64,000 nucleotides of DNA. Origin: Bacteroidales bacterium. Lineage in GTDB: Bacteria; Bacteroidota; Bacteroidia; Bacteroidales; M50B96. Of this stretch, positions 9,959 to 20,834 are shown piece after piece. Below the pieces are notes generated by a model. It saw nothing but the letters and a program-made list of their open reading frames with translations, did no database searches and was not told the DNA's origin. Location: contig JAIOYV010000012.1 of the NCBI GenBank assembly GCA_021740905.1, forward strand, positions 25,786 through 89,785, given 5' to 3'. Made by a program: the position numbers and the translations under genes. Numbering within the stretch: the stretch's first letter is position 1; each line of letters starts with the position of its first letter.

Positions 9959-10507
9959 TCAATCCATTTTTTCAAAGGTGTATTCAAAATGTACTTTTAG
10001 TTCATAGTCACTTTCATTGTCGAGGCTTTCTGTTTTTCCTTCCATCTCAAGGGTCAATGAAGTTGTTGTGAGTTCCTTTATTTTGAAATTCCGATAGCCA
10101 AAAAAGAAATCGAGGCTTTGAATGTAAATAAGGTCTTTTTCGGTATTGTCCAGCCAGTCCCACTCATCATCTTTAATTATCACATTGGGGCTAAGTATTT
10201 CCAAGTGGCTTGTTTTGTCAATGTAGAATGTATATCGCAAAGTGAAATCCTCGAAGTAACCACTCCCATTTTCAAAATAAATGTATAAGTTATCCGAAGT
10301 TTTTTTATCAAACACATATAAGGCGGTATTTATCTCCCCTTCATAAAATTCGGCATGATTACCAGATAGTTTGACCAGTTTCCATTCACCAATTAATCGA
10401 TGTTCTGTGGAAGTAAAACTTCTAAAAGCAGCAGGGTTTTTTTCGGTACACGAAACCAATACCATAAGTATTAAGGATAAAGCAAAAAATCTGTTGTATA
10501 TTTTCAT
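9959..10507 (-). CDS. Hypothetical lipoprotein, lipocalin-like
   Basis: Lipobox LVSC and RLIGEWKL. Confidence 0.7.
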   Translation of the reverse strand: MKIYNRFFALSLILMVLVSCTEKNPAAFRSFTSTEHRLIGEWKLVKLSGNHAEFYEGEINTALYVFDKKTSDNLYIYFENGSGYFEDFTLRYTFYIDKTSHLEILSPNVIIKDDEWDWLDNTEKDLIYIQSLDFFFGYRNFKIKELTTTSLTLEMEGKTESLDNESDYELKVHFEYTFEKMD

Positions 10508-10518
10508 AGGGGTCTGTT

Positions 10519-11064
10519 TTAAATACTAAAGCCCAAGGCAATTGATAGTTGTCGAAAATCGGGATAATGAAAACCATCGAGGCTTTCTTTGGCAAAAAAT
10601 GGGATTAGCGGAGTCCATTTTATGTGGAAGAATACTCCCCCTGGATCTGGTTGGTAACGCAAACCTACACCGGGCGACAAGATGAGCAGGTTGGCCTTTT
10701 CGTCAACATTCGATAACCTAAAATAGGCAGCACCAATACCGGTTGTCACAAAAATATAGGTCGAGGTCTCAAACATAAGTCCTGGTTCAACAATCAGGCT
10801 TTTCAATCGGTAGTCAGTAAAGTCGTCGATCTGAGGCAAAAAACTAAATCCCGTCCTAAAAGTGCAGTAGCGAATGCCTTTTTGTTTTAATATTCGATCG
10901 TAATTGAGGCTGTAAATAACCCCATTTCCCAATGCCTCGAAATAGAATGAATTCCGGGGGTATCCGCTTATGTTTGCTTCCTGTGCCGTTATTTCATCCA
11001 CCTGCGCATTAAGGCAGATTGGAAGGGTGAGGAAAAATAATAAATGTAGGAAAAATTTCTTCAT
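10519..11064 (-). CDS. Hypothetical small outer-membrane beta-barrel-like protein
   Basis: Signal peptide, NSFYFEALGNG..YSLNYDR, GLRYQ, C-terminal LGFSI. Confidence 0.7.
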   Translation of the reverse strand: MKKFFLHLLFFLTLPICLNAQVDEITAQEANISGYPRNSFYFEALGNGVIYSLNYDRILKQKGIRYCTFRTGFSFLPQIDDFTDYRLKSLIVEPGLMFETSTYIFVTTGIGAAYFRLSNVDEKANLLILSPGVGLRYQPDPGGVFFHIKWTPLIPFFAKESLDGFHYPDFRQLSIALGFSI

Positions 11065-11364
11065 TCCATTAAAATTAAATGAACACTTTATTCGACATTG
11101 AAATTCCTAATTGGAGCAAAACCCTAGTTCTTGGCAATAATTATTGAACGAGACTCCTGCACAAAATAGTGGATATAAATGTATAAATTAATAGATATTA
11201 AAAAATATGTTCTTCAGCATATTTATAAAACCTAAAAAGTTGTCTAAATACTTATCAGCTATAACCAAAGGTATTGTTTTGGTACATCGAAAGGAATAAG
11301 ATTTTGCCAGGAAAGTTCTACTGTGAATTTTATGGAAGAAATGAATTAATCGTTTTATTTATCT

Positions 11365-11372
11365 TAATTTTG
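11365..11372 (+). promoter_or_regulatory. Bacteroidota -7 promoter element
   Basis: taattttg matches TAnnTTTG about 35 nt before the ATG; similar sites at 14245, 24436, 34415 and 51426. Confidence 0.55.
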
Positions 11373-11404
11373 CTGTCATAAATTTTTAACCCAAAAACCT
11401 AATT

Positions 11405-14131
11405 ATGAAAAAGATTTGTTTGCTAGCGCTCCTGTTTGGAGCCTTTAGTTTGGCATCAATAGCCCAGACCTATTGCTCTGCCGGAGGAGGGATGGATGAA
11501 TACATTGTAAATGTATCTTTTGGAAGCATTTCCAATCCATCAGGATCAACGAATTATAGTGATTTCAGCTATTTGTCGACCAATATGGTGATCGGCGAAA
11601 GCTACCCGGCGGTAATAACCAATGGGAATCCTTATATTGATGACCAGTGTGGGATATGGGTAGACTGGAACCAGGATTTTGATTTTGACGATCCGGGCGA
11701 ATTCTACCTTACTCTTGGAACTCCCGGGGTTGGACCTTATTCTGCTTCCATTATACCTCCTGATTCTGCCTTGCTTGGGCCAACCATTATGCGGATAAGG
11801 ATTATGTACACCGGTTCTTTATCTTCTTGTGGTGGCTCCCAATATGGAGAAGTCGAGGACTATACTGTAAATGTACTGCCCAACTGCCAGGCAAACGCGG
11901 AATTTAGCTATTTCGACCTTGGCTTTACAGTCGATTTTGTTGCCCCAATGAATTACGACACTGCACTTTTCAACCTTAATTGGGACTTGGGCGATGGCAC
12001 AACCGTCAACTATCAAAGCGAATTTGCACATAGCTATTCCCTGCCGGGCATTTACATTGTATCGCTTTCGGTAAACGAACTTGCTGATTCGACTTGTTTC
12101 GATAGCTTTATCGACACGCTGTACATTGACAGTTGCGAAGCCAATGCTGAATTCGAATTTAATGTAGATGAACTGAATGTCGAACTATGGTCTTATTTTC
12201 AATACGATACCCTTCTGTACTACGTTACCTGGGATATGGGCGACAGCACAATTATACAGGGTGGCGACACGGTGAGCCATACATACGCTTTGCCTGGGAT
12301 TTACCCGGTTAGTTTAACTGTGATCAATCTTAGCGACACCACCTGTCAAAATACGGTAGGCTACGACCTGGAGGCTTATGAATGTGATGTGATGGCCGAT
12401 TTTGATGTGGATATTTTAGGCTATGAGGCGTTCTTCAGTACCCCGGCAAGTGCGGGCAATTATATTATTGAATGGGATTTCGGCGATGGCAGCTACACCT
12501 ATAATTTATCCAACCCGAGTCACATGTATGGCGCAATGGGAACCTATACCGTTTCACTTACCCTTACCGACCTTCTGCAACCACTTTGTTTCGACCAGAT
12601 AAGCTACGATGTTTTAATAAACGATTGTTATGCCAATGCCAGTTTCATTTTCGATAATTTTGGCTTACAAACAGCCTTCAATGCCACTACATACAACTCG
12701 GCAGGTTATAGTTTTATTTGGGATTTCGGTGATGGGACCATCGACACTTCAAGTACTATTGTTTTCCACACCTATGCCGACGAAGGAACATATACTATTT
12801 CGCTCACAATGACAAGCGATTCGATACCCTTTTGCTCAGATACAGACTCACTTACAATTAGCATCGATTCATGCCTGGCTTATCCCGAATTTGGTTACAA
12901 TGGTATTGGGCTTAGTGTCGACTTTTATGCGTACTATCCACTCGATACAGTAAATTATTCCCTGATATGGGATTTCGGTGATGGAGCAACAACGAGCAAC
13001 ATTCTTGAGCCTAACCACCTGTACGCGGCACCAGGAATGTACCAGGCATCATTTACAGTCTCGAATCTTTACGACACCAGTTGTTCGGATACCTACACAA
13101 TGCTTTTTGAAGTTTACGAGTGTACTATTGATCCAGAATTTGTAATCATCGACAATGGAGGGAGCAATTACGATTTCGTTTTGCTGAATGATTATATCGC
13201 TTTAGGGTATGATGTCAGTTGGTCTTTGAGCGATGGAACAAATTTCTGGGGTGTCGATTCGCTTAACTATACCATTTCTTCCGACCCTGTTTTTGAAGTC
13301 ACCGTGATGGTTTCGAACTGGAACGTACCCAATTGCCAGGAAAGTTATTCTTTAGCGATTTGCAATATGGATGCGGGTTTTGACTATTTCACCAACGGGC
13401 TTGATGTATCTTTCAATACCCTTGTTCAATATAGTTCGATGGGTTATTATATTGAATGGGATTTCGGCGATGGCACAACCCAGGTAGGAGGATTTTCACC
13501 CACACATTCGTATCCGGGCGATGATACATATACCATTACCTGCGCCATAAGCTCACTTTCGTTTCCCGATTGTAGCGATACGGTTTCAGTTGATCTTTAT
13601 GTGGCCGAGTGTTATGTGTTTGCCGATTTCAATTATCAGATCGATTCTACCACAGTGGTGTTCACCACCACTTATTCAATAGGCCAGTATAACTTTTATT
13701 GGGATTTTGGCGATGGGACAACACAGATTGCTGTTCCGAATATTGTTCATACGTATGCCTTAACGGGCGATTACGAAGTTTGCCTTATCCTGGTCGATCC
13801 GGCAAATTCCGATTGCTCCGATACCATCTGTTACACCTTATCGGTATATCCCTCCAATCTACCTGAAAACAATCAGCTGGGAGAAGGGATAAAACTCTTC
13901 CCCAACCCGGTAGAAGAAATGCTACACCTCGAATTTTACGATGAAAAATCCACATTATATCCGATATTCATCTATAATTCAACCGGTCAGAAAGTCATTT
14001 CTGAAGTCCTTCAATCAAAAGCAGGTCACAACATCTTTTCGATTGATGTGGGCCGCTTACCTTCAGGTATTTATTTTGTTGGGATGAATGAATCAGGAAG
14101 GTTTTTTGAGAATCTCAAATTTATAAAGTAG
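11405..14131 (+). CDS. T9SS-secreted GEVED + multi-PKD protein (paralog 1)
   Basis: Signal peptide, WVDWNQD...GEVEDY, repeated WDFGDG PKD units with paired Cys, LFPNP...SGIYF...KFIK. Confidence 0.9.
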   Translation: MKKICLLALLFGAFSLASIAQTYCSAGGGMDEYIVNVSFGSISNPSGSTNYSDFSYLSTNMVIGESYPAVITNGNPYIDDQCGIWVDWNQDFDFDDPGEFYLTLGTPGVGPYSASIIPPDSALLGPTIMRIRIMYTGSLSSCGGSQYGEVEDYTVNVLPNCQANAEFSYFDLGFTVDFVAPMNYDTALFNLNWDLGDGTTVNYQSEFAHSYSLPGIYIVSLSVNELADSTCFDSFIDTLYIDSCEANAEFEFNVDELNVELWSYFQYDTLLYYVTWDMGDSTIIQGGDTVSHTYALPGIYPVSLTVINLSDTTCQNTVGYDLEAYECDVMADFDVDILGYEAFFSTPASAGNYIIEWDFGDGSYTYNLSNPSHMYGAMGTYTVSLTLTDLLQPLCFDQISYDVLINDCYANASFIFDNFGLQTAFNATTYNSAGYSFIWDFGDGTIDTSSTIVFHTYADEGTYTISLTMTSDSIPFCSDTDSLTISIDSCLAYPEFGYNGIGLSVDFYAYYPLDTVNYSLIWDFGDGATTSNILEPNHLYAAPGMYQASFTVSNLYDTSCSDTYTMLFEVYECTIDPEFVIIDNGGSNYDFVLLNDYIALGYDVSWSLSDGTNFWGVDSLNYTISSDPVFEVTVMVSNWNVPNCQESYSLAICNMDAGFDYFTNGLDVSFNTLVQYSSMGYYIEWDFGDGTTQVGGFSPTHSYPGDDTYTITCAISSLSFPDCSDTVSVDLYVAECYVFADFNYQIDSTTVVFTTTYSIGQYNFYWDFGDGTTQIAVPNIVHTYALTGDYEVCLILVDPANSDCSDTICYTLSVYPSNLPENNQLGEGIKLFPNPVEEMLHLEFYDEKSTLYPIFIYNSTGQKVISEVLQSKAGHNIFSIDVGRLPSGIYFVGMNESGRFFENLKFIK

Positions 14132-14147
14132 CTACAATTAATAAGGT

Positions 14148-14181
14148 AAAAGGGATACTCATTAGGGTATCCCTTTTTTTT
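14148..14181 (+). terminator. Rho-independent terminator
   Basis: aaaagggatactc-attag-ggtatccc followed by a T tract. Confidence 0.85.
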
Positions 14182-14284
14182 GGTTAATAAATAGGTCCGG
14201 TTGGCAATCTTGTCCACCTTCTTTCAGATTACATTTTTCTATAGTATATTTGTGCGTAAATAAAACATAACCAAATTCCTAATT

Positions 14285-17008
14285 ATGAAAAAGATTTACT
14301 TATTGTTTCTCCTGTTTGGAGTTTTTAGCATGACATCCCGTGCGCAGGTCTATTGCACAGCAAGCGGAAACATGGACGAACATATTTCGAACGTGGTGGT
14401 TGGGAGCATATCGAATCCATCGCTTGCAACACCTTATTCCGATTTCACTAATCTATCAACCGATATGATAATTGGTGAGAGTTACGCAGCGGTAATTACA
14501 AACGGTCAGCCTTATGGTTCCGATCAGTGTGGCATTTGGGTTGATTGGAACCAGGATTATGATTTCACCGATCCGGGCGAGTTTTATGCAACCTCCGGTT
14601 CTCCAGGTTTTGGTCCCTATTCTGCTGATATCATACCTCCCGATTCAGCTCAATTGGGTCCCACGAGAATGCGGATTAGAATTATTTATTCAGGTATGCT
14701 TCAGCCGTGCGGTGTTACTTCATTCGGAGAGGTAGAAGACTATACCATCAATGTTCTGCCCAATTGCCAGGCCAATGCCGTATTTAACTTTTTCGATCTG
14801 GGCCTTGCAGTCGATTTTGTTGCCCCACATAATTATGACACTACGCTTTACTTCCTGAGTTGGAACCTTGGAGATGGTACCACAATTGCCAACCAAAGTA
14901 TATTTACCCATACTTATTCCATGCCAGGGAATTATGAAGTCTCCCTCTTGGTAAACGACCTGAACGATTCAACTTGCTTCGACAACTACATCGATACGCT
15001 TTACCTGGATAGCTGCGAGGCGAATGCGGAATTCGATTTTGTAGTGGATGAGTTGAATGTTGAATTTCATTCGCACTTTCAGTATGATACAACTATGTAT
15101 GAAGTATCCTGGAATATGGGCGATGGTACTATTATTCAAGGTGGCGATTCTTTGAGTTACACCTATTCAATAGCTGGGATTTATCCGGTAAGCTTAACAA
15201 TAATCAACCTAAGCGATACTCTTTGCCAAAACACGGTCGGGTATGATGTGGAACCCTGGGAGTGCGATATTCAGGCCGATTTCACATTCCAGATTATGGG
15301 TTATAATGTCAGTTTTAGTGCTCCATATAATACGGGAGATTATATTTTAAATTGGGATTTTGGCGATGGAGCCACAGCAAATAACAACCCAACGGTTAGC
15401 CATTACTATTCCCTGTTTGGCACCTACACCGCCACCTTAACCCTTACCGACCCCCTGCATCCATCATGTATCGATTCAATAAGTTACCCGATTGTTATCA
15501 ATAACTGCTATGCCAATGCCGCTTTTACATCCGACCCCTTCGGACAGGATGTGAATTTTCACGCAACCACCACCTATTCATTTGGATATACTTTTATATG
15601 GGATTATGGCGATGGAAATATCGATACGGCAGGTACAAACGTATCCCATACTTTTCCGAGCATAGGTTCCTATACAGTTGAACTTACCGTTGTCAAAAAC
15701 ACCGACTCTACTTGCACAGATGTTGAATCGAATGTGATAACCTTAGATAGTTGTTTGGCAAAGGCTAATTTTAGTATCATCAAGGATCAGCTCAGTGTTG
15801 ATTTTCTTCCTACCTATCCAATCGATTCAACGAACTATATAATTACATGGGATTTTGGAGATGGGGCCTCCGCAACCAATTTGCTCAATCCCAATCATGT
15901 GTACGGGTCGGAAGGAACGTACCAGGTCAGCATGGTCATTACGAACCTCTACGATACGGCATGTACCGACACGTTCAGCCTCAGCCTGACAGTCCAAGTG
16001 TGTAATGCCGATGCCGAATTCACCGTAACCGACAACGGAAACGACAATTATGATTTTACGCTTTTAAACGGTCCCGCTACTGGCTACAACGTATTTTGGT
16101 CATTTAGCGATGGCACCACTGCTTATAACGTCAATTCGGTAAATAAAACAATCACCAATCTGGGGGCCTATTCGGCAACTGCTATTGTAAGTAATTGGAG
16201 CATTCCAAATTGCAGCGATACATTTGCCTATGTACTTTGTGATATAAATGCCAATTTCAATACGTATAAAAATGGCATGGAAGTATCATTCAATACTATA
16301 ATACCATATAATATAATGGGTTACTATACCGAATGGTATTTTGGTGATGGGACAAGCCTGATGGGTACAAACTATGCCACACATACTTATGCAAGCGAAG
16401 ATACGTATACGGTAACCTGCATTGTAACATCCATTAATTACCCGAGTTGTACCGATACGGTTATTATGGATGTATATGTGGCCGAGTGTTATGTGTTTGC
16501 CGATTTCGATTATCAGATCGATTCTACCACAGTGACATTCACCACTACTTATTCGATAGGCCAATATAACTTTTATTGGGATTTTGGCGATGGAACCACG
16601 CAGATTGCTGTTCCGAATATTGTTCATACGTATGCTTTAACGGGCGATTACGAAGTTTGCCTTATTCTGGTCGATCCGGCAAATTCCAATTGCTCCGACA
16701 CAACCTGTTACATCTTATCGGTATATCCATATAACCTAGCCGCAAACGATCCGTTGGCCGATGGGATCAGCCTCTTCCCCAACCCTGTAGATGATATGCT
16801 TTCTATCGAGTTTTTTGAAGAGAAAGCCACCTCGTACCGTATGACAATTTTCACAGCAACCGGACAAAAGGTAATTTCTGAAATGCTTCAATCGAAAAGT
16901 GGCGAAAACACCTATAGTATTGATGTAAGCAGGCTTCCATCGGGAATATATTACATTGCCCTGAAAGCCGATGAAAAGACAAGTAAAAATCTGAAATTTG
17001 TGAAATAA
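14285..17008 (+). CDS. T9SS-secreted GEVED + multi-PKD protein (paralog 2)
   Basis: Collinear with 11405-14131 over its whole length, same domain order. Confidence 0.9.
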   Translation: MKKIYLLFLLFGVFSMTSRAQVYCTASGNMDEHISNVVVGSISNPSLATPYSDFTNLSTDMIIGESYAAVITNGQPYGSDQCGIWVDWNQDYDFTDPGEFYATSGSPGFGPYSADIIPPDSAQLGPTRMRIRIIYSGMLQPCGVTSFGEVEDYTINVLPNCQANAVFNFFDLGLAVDFVAPHNYDTTLYFLSWNLGDGTTIANQSIFTHTYSMPGNYEVSLLVNDLNDSTCFDNYIDTLYLDSCEANAEFDFVVDELNVEFHSHFQYDTTMYEVSWNMGDGTIIQGGDSLSYTYSIAGIYPVSLTIINLSDTLCQNTVGYDVEPWECDIQADFTFQIMGYNVSFSAPYNTGDYILNWDFGDGATANNNPTVSHYYSLFGTYTATLTLTDPLHPSCIDSISYPIVINNCYANAAFTSDPFGQDVNFHATTTYSFGYTFIWDYGDGNIDTAGTNVSHTFPSIGSYTVELTVVKNTDSTCTDVESNVITLDSCLAKANFSIIKDQLSVDFLPTYPIDSTNYIITWDFGDGASATNLLNPNHVYGSEGTYQVSMVITNLYDTACTDTFSLSLTVQVCNADAEFTVTDNGNDNYDFTLLNGPATGYNVFWSFSDGTTAYNVNSVNKTITNLGAYSATAIVSNWSIPNCSDTFAYVLCDINANFNTYKNGMEVSFNTIIPYNIMGYYTEWYFGDGTSLMGTNYATHTYASEDTYTVTCIVTSINYPSCTDTVIMDVYVAECYVFADFDYQIDSTTVTFTTTYSIGQYNFYWDFGDGTTQIAVPNIVHTYALTGDYEVCLILVDPANSNCSDTTCYILSVYPYNLAANDPLADGISLFPNPVDDMLSIEFFEEKATSYRMTIFTATGQKVISEMLQSKSGENTYSIDVSRLPSGIYYIALKADEKTSKNLKFVK

Positions 17009-17038
17009 ACACTGCTGGTCAGGCATCTAAAATCAAAT

Positions 17039-17070
17039 AAAAAGGGACAGCCGATTGGTTGTCCCTTTTT
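17039..17070 (+). terminator. Rho-independent terminator, possibly bidirectional
   Basis: aaaaagggacagcc-gatt-ggttgtcccttttt. Confidence 0.85.
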
Positions 17071-17332
17071 ATATTTTTTCAGAACTCATCATTTGAGCAA
17101 ATTTTCCTAAAACAAATCGTAAATATCAGGGAACTTTAGGTGTATGAAAATTCTTGCTCTCTTTCTACCAAACTGTCAACTTGAGCCTTATCGAATATTT
17201 ATTTGTTGAGTAGAGTTCCGTCAGGAACGGCAGTATGGTAGCAATAAAAAGGAGCAAGTTACCAAGCCTTGTAAGCGACCGTATGGTTTGATGGGTTTGA
17301 CAAGATGCGGAAATTCATCTCGTTTGTAGTTT

Positions 17333-17400
17333 AATTCCCTACTCACCACAATTCCCTACTCACCATAATTACCCAATCACTTACTCACCCAACGCACCTA
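17333..17400 (-). repeat. 8/9-mer repeat array starting at the stop codon of the BACON gene
   Basis: Minus strand reads tag-gtgcgtt-gggtgagt-aagtgatt-gggtaatt-atggtgagt-agggaatt-gtggtgagt-agggaatt. Confidence 0.7.
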
Positions 17401-18642
17401 ATTCGGTGGATAATAAAGTGTATCCTGTACATTCATTTTAATTTGATATCCTTCGCCGGGCATCATATCCCCAATTGTGTTTAGCGAATACGCCAGCCAA
17501 TAAACCTGTCCATTGGAGTTTTTCATCAAAACAGTATTGGTGCTGATTGAGGCGATCATTGTCGGGGCCCATCCCGGGCTTGTCCGGAGGTAGGCAATTA
17601 TATTCCAACCTGCAGGGATGATAATACCGGTAAGCTCCGGGATTATTTGAGTACCTTCAATCAAAAGAGTATCACTTAGGATGGTTTTGATTTGATATCC
17701 ATTGCCAATAGTCAGATCTCCAATCATATTCAGGCCGAAAGCAGGCCAATATACCATACCTCCACCATTTTTTGCTATGATAATATTGGAAGAGAAATCC
17801 AACAGAACTACATTCAAATCAGGATCGGGGGGATCGATATAGGTTGAAAAAATACTCCACCCCGATGGAAGGATGATGGCCTGGACAAGGGAAAGATCTG
17901 TTGACAATTCAAGTAGTCCACTCATACCTCCAGACTGATAAATTTCCTGGCCTGTAATAGGTGGGCTTACAGGCATATAGCTTGCCTGGGCCAGAAATTC
18001 CACCCCATCGGAAGCACGCCACAATTTCCAGATAAAAATATCGCCTGGCAAAAATCCATCTTTCACCGAAGTCAGCCCATCGTCCTCCCAAGCTATCACA
18101 ATCGATGATATCCCGGTGTATTCTGTATATCCTGCACAACTATGGTTTCCCAATGTATCTTCCCAAAAAACCCCCACATAATCCCCACTCGCCAACGGTA
18201 TGTTTTCAATGCTCAGCTGAGCAGTCGACTGCAATAATATAGTGTGGTTATTGCCGGTTATGGTGTACTGCCAATTGGGGTAGGTGCAATTGTGCTGGGT
18301 CACCTCCACAAGCATCGGGCTTCCGATGGCCCCGGGGCTTACAATACTTATCGACCCTATGCGTAGCGGCCCATAATTCGCTTTGGCATGGACAAGGATA
18401 AAGCCATTGCCTGTACCACTGTTGCCCCCAACTATCGAAAGCCAGGTAGTATCGGCTATGGCCACCGATGCGCTCCAGGATAAAACACCACTACCCTGGT
18501 TTGTAATAAAAATGGTATCTGTAGTTTCTTCACATCCCTTATCCAATTGCAATGGGCTAACCGACAAAATGGGCTGGGCACATATCATACCGGGGAAAAG
18601 AAAACCGGCAAGCAGGATAAATAAAAAAGCTCTTTTTTTCAT
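17398..18642 (-). CDS. Secreted protein with BACON-like domain and two C-terminal GW(S/N)I repeats
   Basis: Signal peptide MKKRAFLF (start 18642); LSWSAS...WLSI...R.GSISI; LPSGWSIFSTYI / IPAGWNIIAYL each followed by G.GYQIK. Confidence 0.75.
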   Translation of the reverse strand: MKKRAFLFILLAGFLFPGMICAQPILSVSPLQLDKGCEETTDTIFITNQGSGVLSWSASVAIADTTWLSIVGGNSGTGNGFILVHAKANYGPLRIGSISIVSPGAIGSPMLVEVTQHNCTYPNWQYTITGNNHTILLQSTAQLSIENIPLASGDYVGVFWEDTLGNHSCAGYTEYTGISSIVIAWEDDGLTSVKDGFLPGDIFIWKLWRASDGVEFLAQASYMPVSPPITGQEIYQSGGMSGLLELSTDLSLVQAIILPSGWSIFSTYIDPPDPDLNVVLLDFSSNIIIAKNGGGMVYWPAFGLNMIGDLTIGNGYQIKTILSDTLLIEGTQIIPELTGIIIPAGWNIIAYLRTSPGWAPTMIASISTNTVLMKNSNGQVYWLAYSLNTIGDMMPGEGYQIKMNVQDTLYYPPN

Positions 18643-18790
18643 CGTATTCGTTTTTAGGTTAATAATTAATCTTACAACAGGCATCACACAGATTGGTTTC
18701 GGGCCTTGTCCCAAAATCTAGGGCATAGTCGTCCAAAATCCAGTCCTTCTAAGGATTGTCTTCCTTTTTCACTAAACTTTTCTGGTGTAC

Positions 18791-18868
18791 TGAGGTGTTG
18801 GAGTATTGTAGCGCAGTTGGCAAACCACCTCCCAATACTCCAACACTCCATCACTCCAATAGCATACT
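18791..18868. repeat. Dispersed palindromic element built from TGGAGTAT/ATACTCCA 8-mers
   Basis: Perfect 14-bp inverted repeat gtgttggagtattg / caatactccaacac; related copy at 52246-52326. Confidence 0.8.
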
Positions 18869-18992
18869 TATCTCACAAACCCACAGAATTATCATGCTCC
18901 GTGGAATTTGTCATACAACCCAGCCAAAATGTAATACTCCTTTCTGAAATCTTGTACAATGTTACGGAAAATATAGAAATGGAGAAATGTGA

Positions 18993-19519
18993 TTTCATAA
19001 AATTCAGGGAGAAATTATAGGTTGCAGCCTTAGACCATTATTTTTCCAAACGGACGGTAAAATAATAATGGGTGGATTTTTCTACATACAAGTTTGCGAT
19101 AAGTTATTAGGTGTTGTTCGTCTTCATCCTGATAGAAGCTTAGATACTACCTTTAATAATTTCAATAACGTACAAACGAAATTGGCCTCCTGCAAACCAT
19201 CACCGCCTGGGAACTTGAATACTATGTGAATACATGTTGTCCTACACCTGATAATAAATATTTGTTTGGTGGGGTATTTAGGTATTGCCAGGGCAAGTAC
19301 CGTGGCCATATTGTGTTAACAGATTACAATGGTTTTTTGGACACAACTATGTTCACCGGATCAAGGATCGATTCGGCTCTGGGGTATCCTGGTGATTATA
19401 AATATGGAATAGCCACCATTATTCCTGCCCAAAACGAAAAGTATTATGTTGCAGAGAGGTTTTCCGGTTTCAATGGTCAATTGGTAGAGCCGATTATCTG
19501 GGTAAACCTGACAGCGTAG
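18993..19519 (+). pseudogene. Frameshifted fragment of a delta-60 repeat (DUF5122-like) beta-propeller gene
   Basis: One frame gives FQTDGKIIMGGF...VRLHPDRSLDTTFN; after a shift near 19170 another gives TPDNKYLFGGVF...NGFLDTTMF; no start or signal peptide. Confidence 0.7.
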
Positions 19520-19612
19520 GAAGTACCTGTCAGCGTTTACGACAGGGTGACCTAAACTTCGACGCTGTCATGTCCTTCGGACGATGACAGGTCGAAGGAC
19601 AATGACAGGTCG
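19506..19612. repeat. REP-like palindromic cluster
   Basis: acctgacagcgt and acctgtcagcgt opposite acgatgacaggt and acaatgacaggt. Confidence 0.6.
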
Positions 19613-19619
19613 GAGGCGT

Positions 19620-20834
19620 TTATTTCAACCCTAATTTCTTCTTTATCGTTTTTGGGATGGCATCTTTGTGCACCATTATGCTCATGGTTTTGTACTGAAC
19701 AAAAGGGACAGAGGCGTAAAAATAGCCATCGTACAAATTGCTTTCGGCCCACGAGTTCTTCACATAATAATAAGGGTTGCCATTTTGGTCTTTGGCGGTA
19801 CCTATTATGTGCATGCCGTGGTCGTCGGTGGTTTCGTAATTGTCGAAGGCTTGTTGGCGCAATTCCTGGGTAATGGCTTTTTCTTTGCCGGGCTTGTCGA
19901 GTTTGTACAATTGGGCTTGCTTATCTTTTTCACTCATCTCCTGCCACTTCAGCATTTCAGAATCGCTCATTTCTTCGGTGTTGGCCTCGGGCACAACAGC
20001 AATTCCCTTCCGGTAGGCAAAACCCTTTTCGCTCACATCGCTGGCCCAGCCCACAGTATATCCTTGGTCGATGGAGTTATCGATAATTTGCATCATCTCG
20101 TCGAGGGGCACATTGTAAACCTGTCCCCAGGCCCAGTTGTCGGGCACTTCGATAATGAATTGTTCGTAGAAGAGATGGTGTGTATAAGACGAAATTTCCA
20201 CATAATCGTTCATATCGAGACCCAGTTCTTTGGCAAACGATTGGGGTGTATATTCTTTTCCTTTATAGGAAAATTTTTCGGGGTAATCGCCCAGGTAAGC
20301 ATCGAGGATATTGTCGAAAGCCTTGTGCCAAATTGGGGTCAGCTTTTTATTTTTATTCTCAATCACACCTTTTATGAAGTCGTCGAGAACGGCATCCATT
20401 TCGCCGTGGATGTGGTTGTCCTCGCCAATTTCAAGTCCTTTGTAGGCTTCGTTGGGCACAATGCCAAATTGGTCCCAAACCAGCGTCACATCGTGAAATG
20501 CACCACCGCCACCAAAATTTAAACTACCGTGCATGCGCACAGCCCTTTTTGCTTTTACCGAATAGGCCTGGCGTACCACAAACATTTCCGACAAGTCGAA
20601 TTCGCCTTTGTTTGTCCTAAGCAATTCCGATTCGAGAAACGAAAGTCCTGAAAAACTCCAGCAAGTGCCCGAACGGTACTGATCCTTCACAGGAGTGGCA
20701 GGCAATTGTTTGGTTATTTCAAATTGGTAGCCTTCTTCTTTAGGGGCTTCCTTTTTATCATCCTGGGCAAACAGCCCCGCCGACAATAAAATGCTTAACA
20801 GCGATAATACAATTTTAAATTTCATTTTTTTCAA
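19620..20834 (-). CDS. pepC: Aminopeptidase C (peptidase C1B)
   Basis: DQYRSGTCWSFS, TTDDHGMHI, VKNSW. Confidence 0.92.
   Translation of the reverse strand: MKKMKFKIVLSLLSILLSAGLFAQDDKKEAPKEEGYQFEITKQLPATPVKDQYRSGTCWSFSGLSFLESELLRTNKGEFDLSEMFVVRQAYSVKAKRAVRMHGSLNFGGGGAFHDVTLVWDQFGIVPNEAYKGLEIGEDNHIHGEMDAVLDDFIKGVIENKNKKLTPIWHKAFDNILDAYLGDYPEKFSYKGKEYTPQSFAKELGLDMNDYVEISSYTHHLFYEQFIIEVPDNWAWGQVYNVPLDEMMQIIDNSIDQGYTVGWASDVSEKGFAYRKGIAVVPEANTEEMSDSEMLKWQEMSEKDKQAQLYKLDKPGKEKAITQELRQQAFDNYETTDDHGMHIIGTAKDQNGNPYYYVKNSWAESNLYDGYFYASVPFVQYKTMSIMVHKDAIPKTIKKKLGLK

Noticed and set aside
13598-16728. PKD near-identical pair as a DGR TR/VR
   Set aside because: Mismatches are not adenine-specific, most are synonymous, and both copies are coding.
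17210-17290. gttccgtcaggaac palindrome as a mobile element
   Set aside because: A single degenerate REP-like hairpin with no transposase nearby.
18706-19020. 104-aa ORF
   Set aside because: Translates a repeat element and promoter DNA; no coding signature.
19668-20522. 284-aa antisense ORF inside pepC (likewise 45709-46344, 40416-40979, 32268-32801, 43454-43945)
   Set aside because: Shadow frames of well-supported genes with no recognisable motifs.
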